A model generated the notes under the pieces. That model ran no database searches. It worked only from the letters and a program-made list of their open reading frames with translations, and had not been told where the DNA came from. 62,527 nucleotides of DNA. Source: Candidatus Hydrogenedens sp. (lineage in GTDB: Bacteria; Hydrogenedentota; Hydrogenedentia; Hydrogenedentales; Hydrogenedentaceae). The translations under genes and the position numbers were made by a program. The number at the start of each line of letters is the position of its first letter. Position 1 is the first letter of the stretch. Of the stretch, positions 20,471-29,750 are shown piece after piece. Location of the stretch: assembly GCA_049968235.1 (NCBI GenBank), contig JBMFRC010000017.1:1-62527 (forward strand), given 5' to 3'.

Positions 20471-21060
20471 GTTGCTCCACTTATTTTGTTATGGTAAAGT
20501 TCAGGTTTAATAACTGTATACATATTATTTGTATTAAGATTTTCATCAAGAAATGTGTTTATAGAATCTATAATATATTTGGGATTAGAAAAAACTTCAG
20601 GAAAATGTATTTCCAGCACTTTTAAATGGGGATTTTGAAAAAGAGAATCCATGATTTGATAGGTATGTTTTTCAAAAATTCGTAATAAATAACTTGAGTT
20701 AATTAAAGAAAAATTTTTGTCTTTTTTTTCTTTAATCATTTTTTGTTGAGAAAGGATAACTTCGGGTAAGGGTCTTTTAAGGAAAATAACACGTGCAGGG
20801 AAGGAGATTGTCATTTTTATCAGAAGAGGAGATACTATTTTAACTGCATAGCCTTTATACTTTTTAAGATATGATATATCCCTGATTATGTTTAAATTTT
20901 TTATAGGTTCATATTCAAAGTATCCATAGGGATTATGTTCATCGGGTAATCGTACAGAATCTTGGAGGATAGGAATTCCTCCAGCCTCTAACATTTGCAT
21001 AAGTAAAGATGTCCCTGAACGAGGCAATCCCGATACAATAATTAAATAGTCCCTGTCCAT
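20467..21060 (-). CDS. Sulfotransferase-family protein (P-loop PAPS-binding type).
   Basis: [18 protein letters not shown] (5-prime PSB-like loop). [12 protein letters not shown] (RxxxxxxxS 3-prime PB-like). 197 aa. Convergent 4-nt stop overlap with mnmG. Confidence 0.5.
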   Translation of the reverse strand: MDRDYLIIVSGLPRSGTSLLMQMLEAGGIPILQDSVRLPDEHNPYGYFEYEPIKNLNIIRDISYLKKYKGYAVKIVSPLLIKMTISFPARVIFLKRPLPEVILSQQKMIKEKKDKNFSLINSSYLLRIFEKHTYQIMDSLFQNPHLKVLEIHFPEVFSNPKYIIDSINTFLDENLNTNNMYTVIKPELYHNKISGAT

Positions 21061-21148
21061 TGATTACTTTTTAAATACTCAATCGTTAAAAATAGTTGAA
21101 TGGTTTTATATAATATAGTATTTATACATTCAATTATAGGAAAGAACT

Positions 21149-22549
21149 ATGAAAAATATAAAAGTAAATAGTGTGATTCGTTTACCCTTTTCTTTCATTT
21201 TATTATGTATTATTTCTATTGCGGGTTGTAAAACACTTTACAATGGAGGTGTTTTACAATCAGAGATATTAAAAGCCAAGACAAAAGTTATTCCCGCATT
21301 GGTACATTTAACCCCTGTTAAACCCGTTTATAAATTAGGAAAGAAAGAAGAAGTAATAGCAATTGGAAGTGGTTTTGTCATATCAAAAGATGGTTATGTT
21401 GTAACAAATGAACATGTTGTAGGTGAAACTAAGAAGGTAAAATGCATTCTGAGTGATAAACGGGAGATAGAAGCGGATGTGGTTGGAACAGACCCATTTA
21501 CAGATATTGCGGTCTTAAAACTTCCTCCCCAAGAAAAATATGCATTTGTATCTATGGGCGATTCGGATGCTGTGCAAACGGGAGAAATTGTTCTTGCTAT
21601 GGGTAGTCCCCATGGACTTGCTCGTTCTGTATCTATGGGAATTGTAAGTATGACAGACCGCTATCTGGAAGATTCAAGAGGCGTTATCTCTGTTTTTAAT
21701 AACTTTATACAAACAGATGCAGCGATAAATCAGGGAAATAGTGGTGGTCCTCTGGTAAATTTAAAGGGAGAAGTGATAGGTATTAATTCACGAATGCTTG
21801 TAGGAGCAGAAAATGTAGGATTTGCTATACCCATTAACATAGCCAAAGAGGTGGTAGAAGAGATTATTAAATATGGAAAAATAAATAGAAGTTGGTTGGG
21901 ACTAAATTTGCAAGAAATGAAAGCAATAACAGAAGATACGAATAAACAGGGGGTTGTTATTGCCGATGTTGAAATTGATTCTCCAGCATATAAAGTAGGA
22001 ATTCGCTCAGGCGATATTCTAACGGCAGTTAATGAAGAACCTGTTCATGCAAGATTTCAAGAAGACCTGCCATTGGTAAGAAAAAAATTGGCTAATTTAG
22101 AAATAGGAAAAGAGGTAGAACTTACGGTTATGCGGGGAGATAAAGAAGAAAAAGTGAAAGTTCTCCCTGATGTGTACTCCGCTTATAAAGGACAGGAAAT
22201 AGAATTTACAGAATGGGGTTTCACTGCTTCTGATATTACAAACGAAATGGTAAAAAGACTGAGAATTCCCAATAGAAACGGTATTTATATTTCAGGTGTT
22301 CAGGATGGTAGTATTGCAAAAATATCGGGATTATTAGCGGGAGATGTTATTTTAGAAATAGAGGGAAAGCCTATAAAGAACCTTGAAGAATTTTTGAATG
22401 TATATAAGCAGACAATTAATAATGGACAACCCCGTATTTTACTTTTTGTCCAGCGGGGCGTTGTTACTCGATATGTTTTGGTAAAAAATACTATGGAAGA
22501 ACAACCAGAAGTTAAAATTATGGATGAAGGACATACAAGTCATGAATAG
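21149..22549 (+). CDS. htrA: HtrA/DegQ-family serine protease with PDZ domains (catalytically intact).
   Basis: GSGFVISKDGYVVTNEHV, DIAVLKL, GNSGGPLVN. Lipoprotein-like N-terminus ISIAGC. Confidence 0.85.
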   Translation: MKNIKVNSVIRLPFSFILLCIISIAGCKTLYNGGVLQSEILKAKTKVIPALVHLTPVKPVYKLGKKEEVIAIGSGFVISKDGYVVTNEHVVGETKKVKCILSDKREIEADVVGTDPFTDIAVLKLPPQEKYAFVSMGDSDAVQTGEIVLAMGSPHGLARSVSMGIVSMTDRYLEDSRGVISVFNNFIQTDAAINQGNSGGPLVNLKGEVIGINSRMLVGAENVGFAIPINIAKEVVEEIIKYGKINRSWLGLNLQEMKAITEDTNKQGVVIADVEIDSPAYKVGIRSGDILTAVNEEPVHARFQEDLPLVRKKLANLEIGKEVELTVMRGDKEEKVKVLPDVYSAYKGQEIEFTEWGFTASDITNEMVKRLRIPNRNGIYISGVQDGSIAKISGLLAGDVILEIEGKPIKNLEEFLNVYKQTINNGQPRILLFVQRGVVTRYVLVKNTMEEQPEVKIMDEGHTSHE

Positions 22550-23912
22550 CCCTTTTATAATGACAGCCATCTTAATCATTCAAAATGTAGCATTACTATT
22601 TGCACCTTCTCAGTTAGAAAATATTTATAATCAGATAAATCCCTCTATTGCGTTGGTTCAGTACTCATCCGAAGTAACAAATCAAATGACAGGTGAAGTT
22701 TCACGAAGAGATGGAAATGCCCTTGGCTTACTGGTATCCCCTGATGGATTGGTAATGGTTCCCGGTTTTGTGGAAGTAGAAAATGTCTCTTCCTTTAATT
22801 TCCGGGTCCGATTAAATATAAGGGGGGAGGAAAAGGAATTTAATGCGGTAAAATTGAGAAAACCCGATGACCTTAATATTATGTTCTTAAAAATTAATAA
22901 TGACACAAATACAAAATTCCCTTTTACACAGTTTGTTGAAGATTCCCCCAGGGTAGGTTCTGAAATTGCAATAATCGGGATATTAGGGGAAACAGTAGAT
23001 TACACGCGTTGTATCACAACGGCTCGGATAGGGGCTATCCTGGAAAAACCACGATTAACTTACTGCCTGGATGAAAATGTACGATTAGGATTTGTAGGTG
23101 CTCCTGTAATAAATGAACAGGAAAATGTTATCGGAGTTGTGGGTTTTGATTTAAGTAAAGCAGAAGGTGGAGAAGTGTACACGAGAAGCGGACATCCTCT
23201 TTTATATCAATATGCGTTATTCAAAAAATATATACAAAATCCTCCGGCTGTTCAATCTCAGGATGATGAACAAGGGGCGTGGTTGGGCGTTATTACACAA
23301 CCGCTAACCGATGATTTCGCAGAATATTGGGGCTTGCCTAAAGAAGGGGGCTTGATTGTTGCCACTATTGTAAATCCATCTCCAGCATCCGAGTGTGGCT
23401 TAAAGGTAGGGGATATTATTACGAATTTTAATGGTGTGCCTATTAAAGCCAAATATGACAGCGATGTTACTTCATTTACTAAATTAGTAAGAGAGGCTGG
23501 CGTTGGAAATTCAATTAAAATAGAAATTCTTAGAAATAAACAACCTATGACATTAATAGCGTTATTAGGGACGAGACCTCGCAGGTCATCCGAGGCAGAA
23601 GAGTATGAATGGGAAGCAGTAGGAGTAACTGTCCGTGAAATTACACCTGATATACGAATCGCATTAAGTATTGAAGACGCTGTTCAGGGTGTCTTAGTAT
23701 ATCGTGTTAAATCAGGAAGTCCTGCACAGATTGGAAGGTTAGCACGAGGCTTTATTATTCAGGCAATTGGAGATTTGCCTGTAAGGTCTATAGACGAATT
23801 TAAAACAGTTACAAAAATGCTACAGGAAAAGAAACCTAAAGAAATTACATTTTTCGCAAGGATTGGAAATATTTCAGGATTTTTTAGAGTACAACCTCGA
23901 TGGAATGAATAG
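22542..23912 (+). CDS. HtrA-like pseudo-protease (trypsin fold with two PDZ domains; catalytic His and Ser replaced).
   Basis: Aligned to the neighbouring HtrA, the His position reads LVMVPGFVE (His to Phe) and the Ser motif reads GFVGAPVIN (GNSGG to GFVGA). Asp is retained (DLNIMFLKI). Two PDZ segments (GAWLGVITQPL...GDIITNFNGVPI; GVTVREITPDIR...GFIIQAIGDLPV). Start ATG 22542 in ATGAATAG overlap with the upstream stop. Confidence 0.7.
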   Translation: MNSPFIMTAILIIQNVALLFAPSQLENIYNQINPSIALVQYSSEVTNQMTGEVSRRDGNALGLLVSPDGLVMVPGFVEVENVSSFNFRVRLNIRGEEKEFNAVKLRKPDDLNIMFLKINNDTNTKFPFTQFVEDSPRVGSEIAIIGILGETVDYTRCITTARIGAILEKPRLTYCLDENVRLGFVGAPVINEQENVIGVVGFDLSKAEGGEVYTRSGHPLLYQYALFKKYIQNPPAVQSQDDEQGAWLGVITQPLTDDFAEYWGLPKEGGLIVATIVNPSPASECGLKVGDIITNFNGVPIKAKYDSDVTSFTKLVREAGVGNSIKIEILRNKQPMTLIALLGTRPRRSSEAEEYEWEAVGVTVREITPDIRIALSIEDAVQGVLVYRVKSGSPAQIGRLARGFIIQAIGDLPVRSIDEFKTVTKMLQEKKPKEITFFARIGNISGFFRVQPRWNE

Positions 23913-23973
23913 TTTGTATAAATTGGATGGTTGAATTTTGTAGATTATTTTTATATAATTAATAGACTATTGG

Positions 23974-24049
23974 GCGGGATTAACTCAGTTGGTAGAGTGC
24001 CAGCTTCCCAAGCTGGATGTCGCGGGTTCGAGACCCGTATCCCGCTCCA
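23974..24049 (+). tRNA. tRNA-Gly (anticodon CCC), CCA encoded.
   Basis: Manual cloverleaf: acceptor GCGGGAT/ATCCCGC; U8A9 = TA; D-stem ACTC/GAGT; anticodon stem CCAGC/GCTGG with loop TTCCCAA (anticodon CCC); T-stem GCGGG/CCCGT with loop TTCGAGA; discriminator T, then CCA. Confidence 0.85.
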
Positions 24050-24126
24050 TTTTATTTTGATTTTTTGAAGGAATAGGCGTAATAATTATAAAAAAATGTT
24101 CTCTTTGTTAATTTGAGGGCTTTGAT

Positions 24127-25458
24127 ATGTATCCAGAAGATAAGAAAATTGATTTAAGTAATATGAATATTCTTATTGCAGATGACCAGGAAAGTTTGAC
24201 CGGTACTTTGGAAAGGGTTATAAAAAATATCTGGGGCTGTACAATTAAGTGCGTTTATAATGGTGATTCTGTATTGACAGAATTAAATAACGGGTATATG
24301 GGGAAGCCTTATGATGTATTAATAACGGATATGATAATGCCGGGCATCTCAGGATTGGAACTAATTCGTAAATCTTTAGAAATTCATCCGGGATTGGCAA
24401 TACTTGCAATGACCGCATATAAAGATGACTTTTCTTTTCTGGATGTATTCAAAGCGGGAGCCCATGATATATTGTTAAAACCTTTTTCAAAAGATGAATT
24501 ACAGGCAAAATTATACAGAGTTCTTCGTGAAATACATTTTATTCAATCCTGTCGTTCTGCAGAGAGAAGATATAGAGGACTTTTCAATTTATATGCGGAT
24601 GGTATCTTAATTCTTTATCCTGCGAATGGAGTAATTAAAGAATCAAATCATGCACTTACGGAATTGTTAGGATATAAAGAGGGAGAATTAGAAGGAGAAT
24701 GTTTTTATAAAGTTTTAACAGAACAGGAAAATACTCGATTTAAAAAATGGTATGAAGTTTTTCTTGTCGAAGGGACAGGGACACTATCTGATGTACAGGT
24801 AATAAAGCGAGATGGAACGATAATCCATTGTGATATTTCTGGTGCCCGTGTGATTACAGATCTTGATGATAATGTTTTTCTTATATTAAAAGATATAACT
24901 GAGCGAAAAAAAATGGAAGATGATTTAATTGAAGTTGCTCAAAAGGATGAATTAACAGGTCTGTTTAATAAAAGATCATTTGAAATGCAAATAGAATGGG
25001 CTGTAAAAAATGCAGAAGAAAGCTATTCGAACTATGCTCTCCTTATGATTGATGTAGATAATTTTAAAGAATGTAACGACACTTATGGACATACCGTAGG
25101 AGACCAGGTACTCAGTAATTTAGGAAAAATTATTGCGAGATGTATTCGTGGTAGTGATTCCGGTTTCCGTTTTGGTGGGGATGAGTTTGCTGTTATTTTA
25201 AGTGGAACTGACTCATCAATTAGCATAAAAGTGGCTGAACGAATTCAGAAACAATTTGCAAAGACAGAAACCTTTGGGACTTCTCTAAGTATTGGAATTG
25301 CTCAATTCAAAATAGGAATGTCCGTTGGGGAATTTGTGTTTCTTGCAGATAGAGCCCTATACGATGCCAAAAACCATGGAAAAAATGCTGTATTTTGTAT
25401 TAATCCGCAGGATAAAGTAGAATTATTACCTGAGATTCTTAGTAAAACGGATAATTAA
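24127..25458 (+). CDS. Response regulator with REC, PAS and GGDEF domains (diguanylate cyclase).
   Basis: REC ILIADDQ...DVLITDMIMPGISG...KPF. PAS region. RFGGDEF active-site motif. Shine-Dalgarno GAGGG. Confidence 0.85.
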   Translation: MYPEDKKIDLSNMNILIADDQESLTGTLERVIKNIWGCTIKCVYNGDSVLTELNNGYMGKPYDVLITDMIMPGISGLELIRKSLEIHPGLAILAMTAYKDDFSFLDVFKAGAHDILLKPFSKDELQAKLYRVLREIHFIQSCRSAERRYRGLFNLYADGILILYPANGVIKESNHALTELLGYKEGELEGECFYKVLTEQENTRFKKWYEVFLVEGTGTLSDVQVIKRDGTIIHCDISGARVITDLDDNVFLILKDITERKKMEDDLIEVAQKDELTGLFNKRSFEMQIEWAVKNAEESYSNYALLMIDVDNFKECNDTYGHTVGDQVLSNLGKIIARCIRGSDSGFRFGGDEFAVILSGTDSSISIKVAERIQKQFAKTETFGTSLSIGIAQFKIGMSVGEFVFLADRALYDAKNHGKNAVFCINPQDKVELLPEILSKTDN

Positions 25459-25470
25459 GATAGAATTGTT

Positions 25471-26805
25471 TTATAAGAGATAATCTTTATTAGAAAAGAA
25501 ATCAGATGTATCTTTTACTATAATAGGGGTTAAAAGAACAAGGGATAGGAGATTAGGCACAGCCATAAATGCATTAGCAATGTCTGCTAATGTCCATACC
25601 ATATTCAACTTAAGATTGGCTCCTAAGAAAACCGCAACAACCCATAATACCCTATATATTACAATACTTTTCCCTTTGAACAAGTATTCCCATGCCTTTT
25701 CTCCATAGTAAGACCAACCTAATATTGTTGAATATACAAAAGTAATTAAGGAAATAGAAAGGGCTACATTACCTGCTGATGAAAAGCCATTCCATGCATT
25801 TCTTACAATTTCCACAGGAGAAGAGGATTGTATCCATGCTCCGGAAGAAACTAAAACAAGACCTGTCAGAAAACAAATGACAACAGTATCCCAGAATGTC
25901 CCTGTTGCTGAAACAAGAGCCTGATGAACAGGATGACTTGTTTTTGCAGCAGATGCAACAATAGGGGCACTACCAAGACCTGCTTCATTGGAGAATAGTC
26001 CACGAGCAACACCGTATCGTATTGCAGACTTTACACTTGCTCCTAAAAAGCCTCCCAGTGCAGATTGCCCTGTGAATGCTGATTTAAATATTAGAACGAT
26101 AGAATCAGGAATATTTTGATAATGAATTATCAGAATTCCAATACAGCCTAAAAAATAGAAAATCACCATAAATGGAACCAATAATTCACAAACACGAGCA
26201 ATACTTCTAATTCCGCCTAAAATAACCAATCCTGTTAGAAATGCCACAATACAACCCGTTAGAAGTGTGGGAATTCTATAAGACTCGTGTAACATATTGG
26301 ACATAGCGTTGGACTGGACCATATTCCCAATTCCAAAAGAGGCTATTACAGTAAAAAGAGCAAAGAGGATTGCAAAGAATTTAGAATGAAGACCTCTTTC
26401 TAAAACATACATAGGTCCTCCTACAAATTCCCCTTTTTCATTCTGTGTTCTAAATTTTATAGACAAAACTGCTTCTGAATATTTTGTTGCAAAACCTAAT
26501 ATTCCTGTCAGCCACATCCAAAAAACAGCCCCTGGTCCACCTGCTGATATTGCGGTTGCTACGCCCACAATATTTCCTGTGCCAACGGTAGCGGCAAGGG
26601 CTGTCATTAAGGAAGCGAAATGACTAATTTCTCCCGGTTCCTTCTGGGGGGGTAAAAGAGAAAACCGTATCGCAGTTGTTATATGTTTTTGAATGAAACA
26701 TAATCGAATGGTTAGAAAAATATGGGTTCCTAACAAAAGTGTAATAGCGGGATAGCCCCAGATATAGTCTGATATTGACGATAGGAAATGCTCTATCCCT
26801 TGCAA
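25471..26805 (-). CDS. Alanine/glycine:cation symporter (AGCS family).
   Basis: 444 aa multi-TM protein with AGCS-like blocks GTGNIVGVATAISAGGPGAVFWMW and GLFSNEAGLGSAPI. Apparent TTG start. Confidence 0.75.
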   Translation of the reverse strand: MQGIEHFLSSISDYIWGYPAITLLLGTHIFLTIRLCFIQKHITTAIRFSLLPPQKEPGEISHFASLMTALAATVGTGNIVGVATAISAGGPGAVFWMWLTGILGFATKYSEAVLSIKFRTQNEKGEFVGGPMYVLERGLHSKFFAILFALFTVIASFGIGNMVQSNAMSNMLHESYRIPTLLTGCIVAFLTGLVILGGIRSIARVCELLVPFMVIFYFLGCIGILIIHYQNIPDSIVLIFKSAFTGQSALGGFLGASVKSAIRYGVARGLFSNEAGLGSAPIVASAAKTSHPVHQALVSATGTFWDTVVICFLTGLVLVSSGAWIQSSSPVEIVRNAWNGFSSAGNVALSISLITFVYSTILGWSYYGEKAWEYLFKGKSIVIYRVLWVVAVFLGANLKLNMVWTLADIANAFMAVPNLLSLVLLTPIIVKDTSDFFSNKDYLL

Positions 26806-26838
26806 CGGAAAATATCCTGAAATTTTTATTTAATGATA

Positions 26839-28308
26839 TTAACTGGTTATTTTCTCGGCTTTATATCCACCTTGCATGAGGTCTCGTCCATAGATAAGAC
26901 CAAAAACAATTACAAGAATAATGCAAAGTGCGGAAACATATCGGAAAGCAATACGACCTCCATACAGTTCAGCAGGATTTAATAATTCCTTTGCTGATTT
27001 ACTTATCTCCGATTCTTCAGGGGCTAACAAGAGAATGGCTCTTAAAAGATTTGCAGTTTTAATTTCAGGAAGTTTTTTATTACTTGTAAAATAATTCTCT
27101 ATTTCTTTAGCGTTTCCAAGAAGAGTATTCATCGCAGTCTGTTCTTTTCCTGATTTACTCTTTATATATTCCGGAAAGACCTTTGATACTTCTTGAACGA
27201 CAGCGATTGTTTTCTGAGTATCAAATTTTTCATGTCCATAGTAATCCGCAACTCTGCCCATTAAAGGTATTGTTAAAAGTCCCACTGCTATATTCCCTGC
27301 TACACCTAACAATGCAAGAGCAAATTCCCCACCTTTAGGAACTCTTTCCGCTGTAACACCTAACATAGTGGGCCAGAAGTAGCAAACGCCCAAAGCAAAA
27401 ATAGTATCCGCAATGAATATGGAAGTATAACTATTAGCAAAACTGAGCATGTAAAGCCCTATTCCTGATAAGATAGAAGAACTTAGTAACATTCCGGTAG
27501 GAGATAGTTTGTTTACGACAGGACCTGAAAATTGTCTTAATAATGCCATCAATAAACTTGTCCAGACCAATACTAACATGCCTGGAATTCCTCCAGATTC
27601 AAGAACGGAAGGAATCCAGCGATTGGGTCCTAGTTCAACAGATGCTGTCATCATCATACAAATAAATAATAGGATAAATAAAGGTCTTCCTAATGTCTCC
27701 TTAATCATTTCACCAAAACTTATACCGGATTGAGCCCGTTCCGTTTCAGGAAAGTTTTCCATAAGCATGATAACTGCATAGGAAAAAGCAGGAATTAAAA
27801 TAGACCCTACTTTAAGTTGCCAGGAAGTAATGCCCACCTTATCAAGAAAATAACAGAGTAACCCACCAATTACGATACCGCCGGGAAACCATACATGGAA
27901 CTGATTTAATTTTTCTGTTTTTCGGTCTGGATATAACGTTGCAACTAAAGGATTGCATGCTCCTTCTACAAGCCCATTGGCAAAGGCTATCGTTAATGCA
28001 CCAAAGAATAACATCCAGAAGCCCGTTGCGAAAATCATAAGGGATATCCCACTAACAAAAAATACGAAAGCAAGTCGAAGCAAAAATCGAATTCCCAGCA
28101 CAGAGCAAAGAGGTCCAAAAATTAAGATGGATATAGGGAATCCCCAGAGTCCCGCTCCACCTATCAAGCCAACTTGCTCATTTGTTAAAAGAAATTGTTG
28201 CTTTAACGGGTTCATAATAGCACTTAATACAGCAAAAGTCATCGCTGTGGCTATAAGGGCCACACAACTACCTACAAACAATTTCGTGGGTTTAATTTCC
28301 TGACTCAT
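26839..28308 (-). CDS. Putative MFS-type transporter with a C-terminal soluble extension.
   Basis: About 12 predicted TMs; PLMGRVADYYG resembles MFS motif A. Shine-Dalgarno AGGAG. Confidence 0.45.
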   Translation of the reverse strand: MSQEIKPTKLFVGSCVALIATAMTFAVLSAIMNPLKQQFLLTNEQVGLIGGAGLWGFPISILIFGPLCSVLGIRFLLRLAFVFFVSGISLMIFATGFWMLFFGALTIAFANGLVEGACNPLVATLYPDRKTEKLNQFHVWFPGGIVIGGLLCYFLDKVGITSWQLKVGSILIPAFSYAVIMLMENFPETERAQSGISFGEMIKETLGRPLFILLFICMMMTASVELGPNRWIPSVLESGGIPGMLVLVWTSLLMALLRQFSGPVVNKLSPTGMLLSSSILSGIGLYMLSFANSYTSIFIADTIFALGVCYFWPTMLGVTAERVPKGGEFALALLGVAGNIAVGLLTIPLMGRVADYYGHEKFDTQKTIAVVQEVSKVFPEYIKSKSGKEQTAMNTLLGNAKEIENYFTSNKKLPEIKTANLLRAILLLAPEESEISKSAKELLNPAELYGGRIAFRYVSALCIILVIVFGLIYGRDLMQGGYKAEKITS

Positions 28309-28439
28309 TTTTGGTCTCCTTGTATAATTTTATTTTTTGATTTAATTCTTTTGAATTACTTTAATCAATAATGAAAGAATATTTTATCAATTATTATGGA
28401 TTTTTATGTTTTAAGTCAAAAAAATAGTAATGGAAATAA

Positions 28440-29750
28440 ATGGATAAACGAGAATATATTGTATCAAAACTGTTTTGGATAATTTTACTTCTATTTTTCT
28501 TATCTTTGGGTTTTATATTCCAGAGTATATATCTTGTTTATGCAATTTATGTCTTTTTGATTATTTTTATAATTTCTGATTTCCTCAACAGGCTATGGTT
28601 AAAGGTTATAGAGTGTAATCGTAATGTCGGTCCATTGATAATTAATGAAGGACAGGAAGTAGAAGTAACTGTTTTTGTGCGTAATAAATTTTGGTTACCC
28701 ATCCCATGGTTGTATGTTGAGGATATAATTCCTTCGGGAAGTGAATGTATAGGGTCAAATGCTCAATTTTTAATGCTTATGCCCAATGAAATGATTACGA
28801 TTTCTTATAAATTACGATTTCCCCGACGAGGTTATCATAAAGTTGGACCCTTAATGTTAGAAACAGGCGATTTCTTTGGATTGCAAAGACGATTCCGCAC
28901 AGACGATAAGCAAGAATATATTACTGTATTACCTTCTGTGGTTTATATAAAAAGTTTTCAAGTATCTACACGCAGACCTCATGGTCCTATTAGAGTATCT
29001 CATAAGATTTATGAAGACCCCACACGAATTTACGGAATAAGGGAATATGTGCCGGGGGACCCAATAAAATCAATTCACTGGAAAGTCTCCGCTAAAGCGA
29101 ATAAATTACAGGTAAAAACCTATGAACCTGCAACTGTATTAGGAGCCACTCTTGCTATAGATATGTTTGAGGACAACTATCTCCCGCAAACAAGAGAAGA
29201 AAGGATGGAATTGGCAATTACAACAACTGCATCTATTGCTTACCTCCTTTATCTTTCGGGTGAACCTGTTGGACTGATTACAAATGGACTTGATGCAAGT
29301 GATAAGGCAAAATATTTTAGAGAACGGGAAACAGCCCTTGCTCGTGATGATCTGATTAAAAAATTGGTACAGGAGACACAGACAGAGCATATATCTCCCC
29401 TTAAGGTCCCTACAAAAAGGTCACCTGTCCAATTACAAAAAATATTAGAAAACCTTGCAAGAATTGTTCCTAATAAAGAGGTTAATATGACTTATCTCTT
29501 ACAAATAACGGCACCTCATATCCCCAGAGACAATGCTCTTGTATTGATAGTTCCTCAAGTTTCAGATGACCTCGCTTCAGTAATTGAAAATATGAAAGCA
29601 AGGGGATTTATTGTTAATGTATTTATAATTAAAGATGACAATGCCTATCAAGAGGCCGTTATTAAATTAGGAAAATTAGGGATTTTTGTTTTTCATATAC
29701 AGCATGAACAAGATTTGTTTTACATAGCACCGCAAAAGATTGGAGTTTGA
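28440..29750 (+). CDS. DUF58-family protein with N-terminal TM helices (a second MoxR-partner-type protein, with no MoxR adjacent).
   Basis: Two N-terminal TMs. IYGIREYVPGDPIKSIHWKVSAKANKLQVKTYE, the DUF58 core. 436 aa. Confidence 0.8.
   Translation: MDKREYIVSKLFWIILLLFFLSLGFIFQSIYLVYAIYVFLIIFIISDFLNRLWLKVIECNRNVGPLIINEGQEVEVTVFVRNKFWLPIPWLYVEDIIPSGSECIGSNAQFLMLMPNEMITISYKLRFPRRGYHKVGPLMLETGDFFGLQRRFRTDDKQEYITVLPSVVYIKSFQVSTRRPHGPIRVSHKIYEDPTRIYGIREYVPGDPIKSIHWKVSAKANKLQVKTYEPATVLGATLAIDMFEDNYLPQTREERMELAITTTASIAYLLYLSGEPVGLITNGLDASDKAKYFRERETALARDDLIKKLVQETQTEHISPLKVPTKRSPVQLQKILENLARIVPNKEVNMTYLLQITAPHIPRDNALVLIVPQVSDDLASVIENMKARGFIVNVFIIKDDNAYQEAVIKLGKLGIFVFHIQHEQDLFYIAPQKIGV

Noticed and set aside
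22524-22541. Upstream ATG start (MKDIQV) for the dead HtrA paralog.
   Set aside because: The ATG at 22542 gives an ATGAATAG coupling overlap and starts directly at the signal-like segment MNSPFIMTAILIIQ. 22524 remains possible.
23913-24126. tRNA-Gly as an integration hotspot / genomic-island boundary.
   Set aside because: No integrase, no duplicated tRNA 3-prime segment and no compositional discontinuity in the flanks.
27509-28303. Plus-strand ORFs 27509..27733 and 27953..28303.
   Set aside because: Antisense to the multi-TM transporter gene 26839..28308. No Shine-Dalgarno. Low-complexity composition.
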